A stretch of 64,000 nucleotides of DNA from the NCBI GenBank assembly GCA_022813865.1, contig JALDZX010000074.1, positions 1-64,000 of the forward strand, read 5' to 3'. Shown in pieces: positions 51,143-64,000 of this stretch. The translations under genes and the position numbers were made by a program. The notes beneath the pieces were generated by a model, which made no database searches, was not told the origin of the DNA, and was given only the letters and a program-made list of their open reading frames with translations. Numbering within the stretch: position 1 is the stretch's first letter; every line of letters begins with the position of its first letter. Source of the stretch: Xylographa opegraphella (lineage: Eukaryota).

Positions 51143-53094
51143 ATGGCGATATCCTCAGGCAACAAGGCTTCGTCAGAGGAGAAGATGGTGACGGATCGCA
51201 ATGATGGCCGTGACAGGAAAGTCTCGATCGTGCACGGAGAAGAGGTGGTCAACGCTTCGGGGCACAAAGATCAACTGACACGACAGTATGGCTTGTTAAG
51301 CATCTGCGGTCTGGCCCTTACCATTGATAACGCTTGGGTGGCTTTGGGTGGCTCTCTCACCGTTTCTATATGTGCGTTTCCTCCTTAACAACGAAGGCAC
51401 CAGTCGCTCATAGTCCTATAGATAATGGGGGACCCCCCGGTGTGCTATACGAACTCCTGGTCGCCTGCTTATACTATGGTTTTATTGCTGCCTCGATCGC
51501 CGAGGTACAGTAATACATATGCCTCCAATGCGAACCTCCGTACTGACTTTCGGCTCCTATAGCTGGCCTCGGCCATCCCATCGGCCGGAGGAGTATATCA
51601 TTGGGCGTCCGTGACACCAGGCCCTCGGTGGGGCCGCGTGCTTGGATTTTATACAGGATGGCTCAACTTCTTTGGCTGGATTTTCGATCTGGCTTCCATC
51701 GTGTCCATCCCGGCCAACGTCGCCGTCCAAATGTACGCTGTCTTCCATCCGGATTTGGTGATCCAGCCTTATATGGTATACATCGCGTTTCTGCTCATCA
51801 CTTGGAGTTGCTGCGCGCTTGTCATTTTTGGAAATCGGCTCTTGCCCCTTCTGAATCAATTCGGCTTGTTTCTCGTCATTGGAGGTGGCTTGATCACTAT
51901 CATCGTTGTGGCCGCGTTACCGAAGACACATGCAACTAATGCATTCGTTTGGAGCTCCTGGAACAATCAAGCGGGATGGGGAGATGGGGTCACCTTTCTG
52001 ACAGGTGTGCTCAACGGAGCTTTCACGATCGGCACCCCGGATGCTATCACACACATGTCTGAAGAACTGCCAAATCCTGCAAGAGATATGCCTCGAGCTG
52101 TGGCTGCTCAGATCATTCTTGGCACCATCAGTTCGTTCTGCCTTCTACATGCAACATTCTTATACTGACCAGCAACAGCCTCGTTTGTTTACGCTATCGC
52201 GATACTCTACGGAATCAGCGATCTCGATGGAGTCTTAAGTGCCACAGGCTCTTTTCCCCTGGCAGAAGTATATGCTCAGGCCACTGGCACTCCAGCTGGT
52301 ACATTCGGTCTACTTCTCATCATTTTCCTATCGATCATGATTTGTGTGGTTGGAACTTTCCTCACGGTAGGTCCTTTCCTCTCATATGAAGAGTTCTGCT
52401 GACCATCCTAGGTTGGCCGTATCTGGTGGGCTTTGGCACGAGACAACGCAACTCCCTTCGCTGGCTTCTTCTCTCAGGTCAATGAAAAGCTTAGCTGTCC
52501 CATCCCCGCGACACTCCTCGCCGGCAAGTTCAAGTACTATCGCATTACTCTAAACTCTTTCTAATACATTCCAGCCCTTCTGTGCAGCGCCTTCGGAGCG
52601 ATCCAGCTCGGCAGCAAAACTGCGTTCACCGACCTGGTTGGATCGTTCATCATCCTCACCACTGTTTCTTACGCCCTAGCAATCGGCCCACATCTCTTCA
52701 CTGGCAGGCGCAACGTTCCGCGAGGCCCGTTCTGGATGGGCTCTTTGGGCTTCTTCGTCAACGCCGTCTCCGTCATCCTGATCATCTTCTTCAACATCAT
52801 GTTCTGCTTCCGTATGCACTCCCCCCCCCGGCTTCACAGTAACGGTCGTTTACTAATTTCTCCCGCGCAGCATACACCTACCCCCCCCTCGTCGCGTCCA
52901 TGAACTACAACAGCGTCATCCTCGTCGGCGTCCTCGTCATCACGACAACGTGGTGGTTCGCGCACGCGCGGAAGCATTACCCCGGTCCGAAATTGACGAG
53001 CCTATATGTGGACGGTAAGGTGGTGACGCTGGATGCGCCGGAAGGGCCGCCGGACGAGAAGTCGGAGAAGAATGCGGGAGAAGACGGTATATAG
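51143..53094 (+). CDS. APC-superfamily amino acid/choline/GABA permease (Hnm1/Uga4-like)
   Basis: NASGHKDQLTRQYGLLSICG, ELASAIPSAGGVYHW, HMSEELPNP, WALARD, GPFWMG, MNYNSVIL; six introns including GC-AG 52524-52574. Confidence 0.92.
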
Positions 53095-53966
53095 TGTCGC
53101 GGAGAGCGGATAGCGATTCAACCCTGTTTTTAATACTCTACCAATTTAGATGATTTCACTTCCTGGCTGCCGGTTTGACCATGTTGACAGACCTCTTCAC
53201 CCTTCTTCCTAACTAACGAACCCCCCACCGCCACGGCCGCAAACAGCCATGTCACATACCCTCCCCACCCAATCCAATCTAGCAACCAGCTCCCCGCAAT
53301 ACACCAGTACGTACATCCGGAAAATGCTTCACGGAGAGGTCCTCCCAACCCTTTGAAGACACTACACGCATCCATGGCAGGCGAGGTGGGGAGCGAGTGC
53401 ATGATTGGAGGCTTAGGGCAAGGGGGATGTGTGGCAGCGAGAAGCGTGCGCTGGAAAGGGGGGGGGGCGGGGGGTGGCTTCTTATATTTCTTCAGAAAAG
53501 GGCCGCTTTGTCGAGGGGTGGAGGGAGCATCATGAGTGTTTTTGCAGCATTTGCTCTACTTTGCGCGAAGTAGGGCCGGGGGGGTTGGCTGGATCTGGCT
53601 GTTCAGGTTCGAGACGCATCTTCCCCGGCTGCCGGACTACGAAGTGCCACCTGTCGTGCGGTTCACAGAAGCGAGTGTCAGGGTTAGACTTCATCGCTGC
53701 GTTTGGGTTGTGTGTATGTGAGGAGTGGAGGGGGATTATATCGGGTGTGAAATATTTGTGTAAGGTTCTGTATGTAGTCAGTTGAGTTTTCTTGGCAGGT
53801 ATGTTCACTAGATTTTTCATGAACAGGAGAATGTTGTAGAGAAGACAGAATTGCGGCTACGTATACTATGTATTGGTACCGGTATGCCAATTGTATGGTC
53901 ACAGTGCTTTACTAACCGTACACCTGACCTTAGAAGTCGAAATTTTCAAGTTACGAGCCCAGCTCT

Positions 53967-54606
53967 CTAGCCACGACGAAAATCCTCAGCCCATTCATCC
54001 AAATAAGCCACCACTGTTGATAAGCTCTCTAAATCAGCGTTTCCGGTGTCCTCGGTGTCACCTTCCTCCTCGCTACTGCTGCCATCAGAATCAATGGGTG
54101 GTCTTGGGGGTAAATGCTCCTTCGGAGGATTCGGTGCAATCTCATCGCACCAACATCTTCTATAGCACTCTTGTGTCGCTGCGTTATCCCAGACATGTGC
54201 CGGATTGAGCCGCCCCATATAGAGAGGCCCTATGGTAGCCATGCACCATACCGAGATCTGACCATCGAATCGGGGGCGACAGCTACAGTTTGGTCCGCCG
54301 GGGAACGCGGTGCAGTAACTCTGAAGATTGCCCCAGTGCAAAGCACTGACTTCTTCGGGAATGATATACTGAGGAGCGGGTATCGAGTCGCAAGTGTAGA
54401 CCTTGGGTTTGCCATTCAGTGTCAAAGGAGAACTCAGGTTACTTTGGGAAATAGAGCTAGCCCACCCATCCAGCACGCTTCTGCAACGATTTGTTTTGAC
54501 CACCAATATTTAGCGGTGGTAAGGACGAGGCAGTAATGATTCTCACACAGAGAAATTGAACAAGTAGTAGAATTGCTACTGCAATCATACCTCCAGAGGA
54601 AGACAT
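53967..54606 (-). CDS. Small secreted cysteine-rich protein with pre-pro leader (effector-like)
   Basis: Hydrophobic signal, KR site, intron 54402-54465 joining AGW|VYTC in frame, 8 Cys, acidic tail. Confidence 0.65.
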
Positions 54607-55388
54607 AATTATGACAGCAGAGAGAGAAGGTGGGGGTCCAGGCACGGAAAACTATGGGTATCCCACGGAGTATATGATAGAACCCATAGCGTGAAACAAA
54701 ATGGGTAATAAGTCGTCGCGGAACTTTCAGTATATGTACATGTACAATAGTAGCGCGCCGCTGCCACACTTCCACATATTGGCAAACCAACAACCTTAGG
54801 CAGCAAGCACACGATCAAGAAATTGGACAGGCTGTCTGAAGATTTTCAACCTTTACTTCATACTATCAATGTGAAGGACAGACAACGAGCAGGCAAGTAC
54901 TCGTTTCAAATAAGAAAAGAAATGTAGATATGGCGAATTGAACCACGATGTCATTCTATGCCGACGGTTGTATAGTGTCAAGAATGAGAATGAGAATGAG
55001 GTGAAGCTACAGGTTCTGAAGACTGGTGATAGATGAGGACCTTGAGGATTGTTCTTTACCGTAAGAGCTTGCTGGTGTGAAAGGACACCGTACCGACGAG
55101 GACAGTTATGCATTGTGGTTGAAGCCACGGATTCATCGGATTTGCAGGGACCTAGTCCCAGAACAGAATGACGCTACCCCGTAACGGGATATCAACCAAA
55201 CAGATTGAACAACGAATATCACTACCTTGCTATCTACCACTCCAACATCACCCACCACATCCCTACGGGACCTTGATTGGCGTAATCGTGTCTTCTGTAC
55301 TCCTAAGAACCGTCTATTGTACTCTGGAGCATTCAGACTCTGATTCTTACACTCTGCTGTGCCTCTATCCATCCGCCCCTCAGCCATC

Positions 55389-56177
55389 ATGGCCACCGCC
55401 CTCGCATCTCGACGTCTCTTCTCTGAGTTCCGCGCGCTGACCACCGATCCGCCAGACGGTATCATTGCGGGCCCGGTGAACGAGGACGACATTTTTAACT
55501 GGGAAGCGTTGATACAAGGGCCGGAAGGGACACCGTTTGAGGGCGGGGTGTTTGTGGCGGAGCTGAAGTTTCCCAAGGTGAGTTGATACGAGTGTGAGGG
55601 GCATGCTGTGGTAATAGTAGAGCGCAGAAGAATGCTCATAGGTCTGCGCCGAGGAAATACGATGTGCTTGGGGAGGAAACAGTTTCTATTTAGAGGGGCA
55701 CACACTGAATATGACGAGGACTCTTGTCAGATACTAAATCTGCAGGACGAACCAGATCTATGGACAGGAGCTGATACGAGGCCTTAACAGGACTACCCTC
55801 TCGCGCCCCCTACCATGAAATTCGTTGGAGGTGAAGTCTGGCATCCGAACGGTACCTGCGTTCCCCATCACATTCCGCTCACAAGCCGGCCTTCCCGCTT
55901 CATGCTGATCCTTTTTTGTCAAGTCTACCCCTCAGGTCTCGTCTGTATTTCCATCTTGCACGCTCCCGGTGATGACCCTAATCACTACGAGCACGCCTCG
56001 GAACGGTGGTCGCCCATACAGTCGGTCGAGAAGATCCTCATCAGTGTCATGTCTATGCTGGCTGAGCCGAACGACGAAAGCCCGGCGAATGTGGAGGCGG
56101 CAAAGATGTGGCGGGAGAAGAGGGGCGAATATGAGGAGCGGGTGAGGCGGAATGTGCGGAGGGGTCTCGGGTTGTAA
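55389..56177 (+). CDS. UBC7: Ubiquitin-conjugating enzyme E2 (ERAD)
   Basis: [56 protein letters not shown]; introns 55578-55790 and 55852-55923. Confidence 0.95.
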
Positions 56178-58563
56178 GGTTGTGAGAATTTATGAACAGG
56201 CTTCTTGGTAAGAGGTAGCGATGGCGCCTGGATTTCGGTTGGGGGGGTTTGTGGGCATCGAGCTTCAGTCGAATGACGCTTAGAAGTACCTGCCGATTCC
56301 TTTGTGTGGTTTATTCTGATTATTATGGGATCGTGGAAAGAATCGTATGACCATAAATAGATTACAACTTCACAGGTCTCACTCGACGATATGGTCGTTC
56401 AAGGTGAAGGCCATGAAGCAACGTAAACAATCAATAGCTTGTGGTGAAATCAAAATATCTCATGGCCTCACTTTCTTCACAGGTACGCAACTCTGCGCTT
56501 CTGTCCCCTTTCAGCTACTCGTGATCCAAACGTCTTGAAATATCTCATTCGGATTCGTATGATTGTGACTATCTAACTGTAACGTCTTCGAGATGATCCT
56601 TTGAGAGGAAGGTGATTCCAAAGCTTGCAGAAGGTTCGTACGAGAAATTCTGATGGGCACCGCCGCTGGCGAAACACAAAACTCCACCACATCTGACAGC
56701 GGAGCCCCAAGCGAGGACGTCACAGCTTTGGGAAGAGAGAGTTCCTTATCATGGCCACTAACGGGCTGTGGGACCATAGGACGGACGAGCCAGCCGCAAA
56801 GTTGGTCGGTACGTGGCAAAAAGCTAACTGTGAGGGAGAACACCGCCTAGTACGTATGTTGTGCATTTCAATCGGTAGGGTCTGGCGGAGGCCCGCTTGG
56901 AAGAAAGGATCAGGCACAGTTACATCAACTGAATTCTTCCCTTAGAGACACCTCTCTTGAATTAAACCCGCAAGTTCCTCTTCACAAGAAGAAATATTAG
57001 CCACTCGACACAGTTCTTGGTGAGAGTATGCTTAGAACTATGGAGAGAGAAGTCAGGTAATCTCGAATACCTGCCACATAGTAGGCCAGGAATGTACCCG
57101 GTGTGGTGAACTTTGATCATCATCAACGCAAATGGGAGAGCCCATGGAAGTATTTGTGAGGTTTCATTCCCGAAAACGTGCCTCGAATGCAAGATCGTGG
57201 CTATAGGCACACTTGATACAAGTATCAACGAACTTTGCGGCGTGCTCAAGTAAGGGACATAATGCCAAGGCGACCCTTGTTTGACGATGCGCTTCGGGCT
57301 AAGGGATAGAATAGATTGGCAGTGATTGATAGACCCGAAATGAAAACATTAAAGAATGTGGATCAAACGATAAATCGAGATAGCAGCGAATCTACTGACA
57401 GCCCAGTAATGCATCGATAATCAAAAGCTTGGCTGAGATATCATAGTCGATGTACTTCGGCCTCCAAGCATTTTATCTGTCATAATAACGAACATGATTG
57501 TGTTTCACAACCAAACGACTTCGCTTATTTCCACGACAAGCCCTAGCCCTAATCGAAAACGCACCATTGTGAACACGGTTGATGCACTTTGCCCACAGAC
57601 ATCACGTACGTAGCCGTCCAAAGGTTATCTAATCCTTCGATACCATATGATAACAGTTACAGAAGTTTTGCCTGGGAAGACGAACACAGAAGACAGGATC
57701 ACCAGATTGCATAGGAGTTAGAAAAAAACTCTCGATTCTCATCATGAAAGAGGCAGTCATGCGTGGTCACAACCTAGGGTTATTCCCCCTCAGTTGCCTT
57801 TAAGGGACTGGGGCAGGCCACCACGTCAGCTGTGTGTGGGGCGGAAGTTGGGCTTCGGGCGGATCCTTGCCCCTTTCAGGGGGAAATTACTCGGGACTAG
57901 CCGCTGGTCTGGACGTTCGACGCCCGCCCGCCGAAAATGATTACACTTTGCACGAGCGGTAAGGTACTGTACCTGCGCAGGCGCATGTACGAAGCCTATC
58001 GACGTCCTCAACCTTGGGGATCTGGGGTAACCTCAAGACATCAAGATCGTGAGGGCTTGGAAGTGTACAGCTTGTTAGGGGAAGATCCCAACTGCCAACT
58101 TTCACCTTCCCACACTCCTCGTGATCCCAGTCTTCCAATCCACCAACCGGACAACAGATAATGATCGACAGCCAGGATACGTTGAAACTGCGCCGACTAA
58201 CTTTTGCAATCGCCGGCGTAGCAGCCAATGAAGGCGTGAAGCTCTTAGCACGCCTGGATGGCCTGCCACTCTAAGATTTGTTTCCCATTTTTCCCTTTTC
58301 TCCCGTCTTCTCGTCCTCTGCGCCTCTTCTTCCTACTTTCTGTTTCTCTACATCGATATCCTCATATCGCTCTTGATCTTTTCAGATACTACCGGCGTTC
58401 ACTCCTTTACGCCGCTACGTATCTTCAGTCGCTCTCTACAGCTATCAACTATCTTTAAATCAAGTTCACTCGCAGTCTTAAAAAAACCGCATTTTTTCGC
58501 GCTCGCGACCGTATCTCTAGCACGTTCTGCCGAGTACTCACTCCTCCTCGAATCACCATACTA

Positions 58564-58579
58564 CATATATATATATATA
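58564..58579. repeat. (AT)n microsatellite in the 5' leader of the secreted protein gene
   Basis: ATATATATATATATA seen directly. Confidence 0.85.
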
Positions 58580-58610
58580 GATTATATCACGAACAGCAAC
58601 GCAGGCCATT

Positions 58611-59456
58611 ATGTATTTCTCAACTGCTGCTCTGGTGCTGGCCACCCTGGCTATCGACTCAGCCGTCGCGGGACCTCTCCGACGGAGTCACGAGCACTTC
58701 CACGCGAAGAAAGCCGCCGAGTCGACAGCGCTCGAAGTGTAAGCATGTCTTGTCATCGCTTCTCGTCTTCCATACTGACATTGTCATAGCAATCTTGAAA
58801 AGCGCGGCAGTGCTGCCGTAGACTTTGGGACCTTGTACGAGGATCAAGTAACGACGCTCGCGTCGCTTAGCGTCAAGGGCAACGTCGGTGTAAACGCATT
58901 CGCACAGGATGTTCCAGGGAGCGGCGGCGTTTGGCTCGGCGACGACGGCGACTACGTCAACGAGTTCTCGAATGCCTCGAACGAACCGGTCATTCTCGTG
59001 GTGTGGGGCCCTGCTGGCTCCTGGATCAACAATGTCCAGCCATTGATTACCCTGAACATTTCGCCGGGCTCCTCCCGCAACGTGAGCTTCGCGACAGGCA
59101 CCTCGGGCGCGTTCTCGGCCATCTACAGCGATACGACCCTCGTCAACGGGCAAGTGTACAACACTTGGGGCGAGTACACCCACAGCCTGTACGGGGTCGT
59201 GGACGTGTCCATGGAAGTCAACATGAGTGGCCACCCGATGAGCATCCACAATGGCAACGAGTGCGTCACGGACATGGAGCAATGCGTCTTCCAGTGCGTG
59301 TCCGGCAACAGTTGCTGGCTGGAGTACGTGCTGCAGAATTGCGCCAGTCAGAAAGGCGCGCAGGATGGAACGGATTCGTTCGGCAAGCCGAGTGGAGGCT
59401 GTGGCGATCTTGGCACTCGCGCACAGGGCCAGATCCTGAGGACTACACTTTCTTGA
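58611..59456 (+). CDS. Secreted protein, allergen Asp f 4-like
   Basis: Signal MYFSTAALVLATLAIDSAVA, intron 58739-58789, KR site; NEFSN..ILVVWG, NTWGEYT, DVSMEVNMSG, Cys-rich C-terminus. Confidence 0.7.
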
Positions 59457-60272
59457 ATGGAATAGGGGGGGGGAATGGTGCTCAGGGGAGGATGATCGCG
59501 TCCTTGCCTTTTCTGCATTTCCGTGTTTTTTTGATGTGTATACTTTTGTGTGATTAGGGGAGTGTCCAAGAGGAAATTTGCAGACGAGGATGATTTTTTG
59601 CGTGATTCGTCGAGTGGTGCCACGTCTGGTGCATAGGAATCCGACTATGAGCCCGCTCGCACGCCGGGTGTGGATGGTTCCTGCAGCCTCGGTCGCCAAC
59701 ACAGTCCTCCCACAGAGCGGTGAAATAATGCTGACGTTATGATACCTTGGGCTGATGCCCCCCTGAGTAGTCGTGCTGGTGTGTAACGTGGAACCTTTCG
59801 CGTAGCCCTGTGATTTTACGTTTTGCCCTTGAACCCTGAATATCAACTCACTCAAAGGCGATTGCTGATCGGGTTGTCGGCCTTCAATTTCCATTGCAAA
59901 GTCAAGCTCATTCGCCGTCGAGCCTGGACTACTGTTGACAGAGCGTCGGCGCGAGCCGTAGTAATGGACCCAACTTCACAATCCGCGTCGGAGGGAAATA
60001 CGGTACTGCAGTAGATCACGAGGGTGGAAATAGTAATGCGACGCATCGGCAATCGCCATCACAAGAAGCCGTACGGAGTAAATGCAAAGCGTGTACTCCG
60101 TACTCCGTAGTGATGCGGCACCCTTCAGCCCTAGAAAGCCGGTGAAACTATCTCCCGAACGACAGACTCGACGAATCGAGCTTCCATCATAAGCGACACC
60201 AGCTGTCCACATCCACTCCACCACCTCAACCAGCAAACCATCCTCCACCACCATCTCCCACCCCCTCCCAGC

Positions 60273-60746
60273 ATGCGCGCCTTCTCCACCACCACCACCA
60301 CCTTCTCCCTCCCCTCCCTCTTCCTCCCCTTCCTCCTCCTCCTCACCACCCTCCCCCCCTCCACCACCGCGCAATTCCAATTCTTCGAGCAAATGTTCCA
60401 AGGCCACACGCACCAACCCCAAGCCCAACAAGCGCCGCAAAACGTACCCAGCGACTCGAGCTGGTACCGGCAGAACTACGAGAACGGTGCGTTGCGCCCC
60501 GTCGCAGGGAAAGCAGTTTGCTGATGGACTGACGTGCCCTGGGGGAATATAGCGCATTGTAGTAATTACCTCTGCCCCGGCACGCTGGCGTGCGTGCATT
60601 TCCCGCATCATTGCCCGTGCCCGTTCCCGGCCGTGGAGGATAAGGTCGAGTTGGGGGAGGGGAGCGCGGTGTGTGTGTCGAAGGGGGGGTGGAGGGTGGG
60701 GGAGGCGGGGCGGAAGATTGAGTTGGCGAGGAAGGGGGTTTTGTGA
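60273..60746 (+). CDS. LCL2: Long chronological lifespan protein 2 (secretory/ERAD-linked)
   Basis: Signal peptide + [53 protein letters not shown]; intron 60487-60552. Confidence 0.9.
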
Positions 60747-61076
60747 AAAGGGCGGGAAAGGTTGGGAGAGGGAGGGCAGAGTGGGGGGGCCCTTGTGGGA
60801 AGTGGAGGGTCTTGATATTGGGGTGGTTGGAGGGCGTATCATATGGGGGTTTTGAAGGATGGATGAGGTAAGGGAGGCCGCTGTGAGACGATACGATGAG
60901 GTGATGTGGAATATAGCGGTCCGGATGACTCGAAGCGATAGGTGGGATATCGTCGGGGGGGGCAGGAACCGCACTCCGTCGATCTGGGAGCCAGCCAACC
61001 TTGCGCAATACTCAGTCGAGCCACGAGCGAGAATTACACAGTACGAAGTGCCAGACGGATGAGATCAATATCTAAG

Positions 61077-62328
61077 TCAAGGAAAATCGACCAGGTCATG
61101 CTCTTCCTCGAAATACCACGCCACTTCCACGTAGCGGCCGTCTGAATGTCTCCTGATCTCCGCTCTGGCCGCTTTGCCGATCCGGATGACCTTCAAGCGT
61201 TTGCACGCGCGTGTTACCATCTCCACGATCGTGCAGTAAACTGGGTCGATACATTGATTCCCAGTTTCTGGGAGATCGGGATCGGTCTTACGATGGAGTC
61301 CGGATTTCGCCGTGCCATCTGGTGTGGTGGGTTGGTCTCCGAGCTTGATATATATTGCGTCGTTCAGTGCCAAGTACTGGAGGTTTGTGAAGCGAGATAT
61401 GACGGTTAAAAGGTCCTTGGCTAGTTGTCAGTGGGGATGTCCAGAGTTATGATAGTGGCAATACAATATGCTCAATTAACATACGGGTAGCTTGTCCTCA
61501 TATTGTTCGCCGGCTAAGGAGAGGCTCCTTATACCCGGCACTGCCTCCAGGACATCTATGGCAAAGTTAAGAAGTGACCAGCCTAGTTCTGGGATAATGC
61601 GGCGCTACCTTCCAGAGTCTCGACAATATACCATTCGTGAAGCACGAGGTGAACGAGCTTCGGAGCATTACGCGCAGCGTTCAGTAAAGTGCGGCATCGA
61701 TTGGGCAGAGCAATCTCGAATCGACGTTTTTGCCTCCATGCGTACCCGTTGACGGAGATCGTTCGAACGTTGGGACAGATTGCAACGGCGAAGTGGCAAT
61801 ATGGTCCGACCACTAGGGTCTTGATGTCTGGCAGGACCAGGTTGACCTTTTCGAACTGTGAGGCAAAGGTTTCGGTGTATAGGCCTGGAATGACCAGCCA
61901 GAGTTTTTGTAGCCGTTTGGCGGAGCTTAAGAAAGTTGATAGCATGCATACAAGTTCTTTGGGTGGTGGATGATCATTTTCGTCTATCCGAAAATCTAGG
62001 TTGAACTTGAACGATCTGTTATTGAATTCAGTCTGGCTATGCGAGTTACCCAGCAAACACTATACCTGAAATAAGTTGAAACGCTACTGTTCTTCCCCAT
62101 CTCCTCAAGTCGCGTGACAGCGAGCGTCCAATCGCCATTGATAGTGATCTTCCGCAGTAAGACCGCCATAGAGACATCTCTCAGTCTCCGGCTAGTCCTG
62201 GAGAGCCCGTCCAGCGGGTTGGTGATAAGATTGGTGCCATTTTTGGGATGATGAGGCTTCTCGCCTACCCATAAACAGATCTGGTGAAGGACGTCGTGGT
62301 TGAGAGACTCGAGAGTCAAACCGCCCAT
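61077..62328 (-). CDS. F-box-like/LRR-type hypothetical protein
   Basis: N-terminus LESLNHDVLHQICLWV...LSRTSRRLR, followed by LxxLxL repeats (LQKLWL, IKTLVV, LVHLVL, LQYLAL); multi-exon. Confidence 0.6.
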
Positions 62329-63070
62329 TTCAGCAGACTGTATGGTAGAGAACATCAACGTCCGAACTGGTGGGCGGCTGCAGATATGAGAAGAGAGCGC
62401 ATTGTCCCACAGTACCAACAGCAAGGTCCCAGGAGCACTTTTGATGGAATGGTAGGTTCATTGGAGCGAACACATGGTGAGACAGGGTGGCATCAAGTAT
62501 TTATTTAGGTACCAATCCACGTTTCTCGCACTGAAGCGAACACAGGAAAAGGACATGCGCCTCGCAGCCCGTGTCCCAATCTGGACGACTTGTAAAGGCT
62601 GCTAGTCCTTTCTGCGACTGGTGGCTGATGTCTAGACCCGAAAGAGCATCCTGCCGCTCCATGGCGCTTAGATAGGATACCTTATCGTAAGGTAGGTAGC
62701 CAGCACACTAACTATATAGAGACACTGCTACAGCACAAGTCACGCGAACAGGCGCTCTAACGTCTACCACCAGTGTGCTGGCGGTGTCGTCCCCTCCTTC
62801 GCAGGTACGATGCCATCATCGTTTGCCTTCATAGCAACGTGCATATTATCCCCAGCACTTGCCAAGATCTTCTATCAAATCAGTGCCGCAGCTAACAACT
62901 CCGATTCAAAAGCTTGTTTCTGTTATATTTAACAGCTTAGGGAAAGAAGCCAAGCTATTTGATAATCTGCGAAACCAATACGAGACCGTTGAACCTAAGA
63001 CATTTATATACAGATCCCCACGCTACTCTAGGCGTGTTCGGTCTCAACCTCTTGCCACCATTAGCCCGAA

Positions 63071-63896
63071 ATGGCATCTGGAGATCTCTGGACCTGCTCG
63101 ACCTGCAATTCTATCAATTCAATCGCAATTGCCCCAGATAGCTGCGTGTTCTGCTCAAGCAACAGACCGAACACAGTGGCCGAGCTTATAGATACTTCGT
63201 ACCCACAGCCGGACGCGCCTCCCAATCTTATAGACACGTCAGATGAGGCTGCTGAATCAGTCTCACCCCTCACCACAGCCCGAAGCTTGTCGACATCGGC
63301 TGAGAGCAGTGTTACTGCACAGCGAAGCAAATCCTACTCGGCTGGAGGCAATGATGCTCGAGCCGTAAGCCTGTTCTCCTGCTTGCAATCGCGAACGATA
63401 TGCGGGCAGCATATGTCAGGACTTGCAAAGCTTACCAGTAGATGACAGGTCAAACCATCACAGCGTATCTTCCGGGCGATGTCCGCTGCGGGTCCAGCCT
63501 ATCATGATAACATATCCCATTATGACAAGGCGTTCTATGACAACTGGTGGAAGGAACGTGCCGAAGCTATTGCGCGAGGCGAAGACCCATGTATGATATA
63601 TATCTCCTGGCCAGTCATGTTCTCAATACTTCCACTACCGTATCTCCCTCCTCTCTCTGGACATATCACTGATACAGCCAACCGTATTCGCAGACGCGAG
63701 ATTTCGAGCGCTGGTCGCAGCCAGTAATGAGCGGAAGGCGACAACAAAGCTGAAGCGGATGTTCAGCAAAGAAAAGTCGTACACGAGATCGGCACCAATC
63801 AGGTTGGATGCCGAGGAAGAGGAGGAAGCTAGAAAACGAGATGCCGCCATGATGCAGCAAAGGGCAGCAGGCGCGGGTGCGGGTGCGAGTAGATGA
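63071..63896 (+). CDS. Hypothetical protein with N-terminal RanBP2-like zinc finger
   Basis: WTCSTCNSIN-x8-CVFC; introns 63365-63448 and 63591-about 63693 give a continuous frame. Confidence 0.55.
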
Positions 63897-64000
63897 TAGC
63901 GATACTCATAAAATTGACTGGGATAGCGAAGGCGTTGGGGCTATTTGCACATACTTGGATTATCAGTCTAGTCATGCTTCTTCAAGACACGCTGTAGGAA

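Noticed and set aside
56200..58600. 2.4-kb gene-free stretch as ncRNA or mobile element
   Set aside because: No tRNA/rRNA motifs, terminal repeats or credible ORF; probably the regulatory region of the secreted protein gene
58659..60998. 411-aa and 340-aa minus-strand ORFs
   Set aside because: Antisense to the Asp f 4-like gene and LCL2; no motifs

Overview
Gene-dense window from a filamentous ascomycete (Pezizomycotina). Short GT-AG introns with CTRAY branch points and recognisable Pezizomycotina protein motifs support this; I cannot establish the species. About 28 protein-coding genes are present. Most are conserved housekeeping genes: M18 aminopeptidase, PDR-type ABC transporter, RRP15, SRP54, hapX, OXA1, MIM1, SHP1, UGO1, YAH1, TAF11, COG2, MRPL1, GUS1, CFD1, TAF6, POM34, ECM30/HID1, IMG1, UBC7 and LCL2. 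The accessory-looking parts are: (i) a roughly 5.5 kb block between TAF11 and COG2 with two C2H2 zinc-finger + coiled-coil paralogues and a third ORF that appears to keep only the coiled coil; (ii) an isochorismatase-family gene with both a frameshift and a catalytic Cys->Gly change; (iii) small secreted proteins and orphan genes near the right end. Other points of interest are three GC-AG introns, SreA-type ATCWGATAA motifs upstream of hapX and CFD1, an 85-bp tandem repeat, and sharp GC-rich islands. I recognised no tRNA, rRNA, CRISPR array or intact transposon. All product calls come from motif recognition by eye, and exon boundaries were inferred manually.
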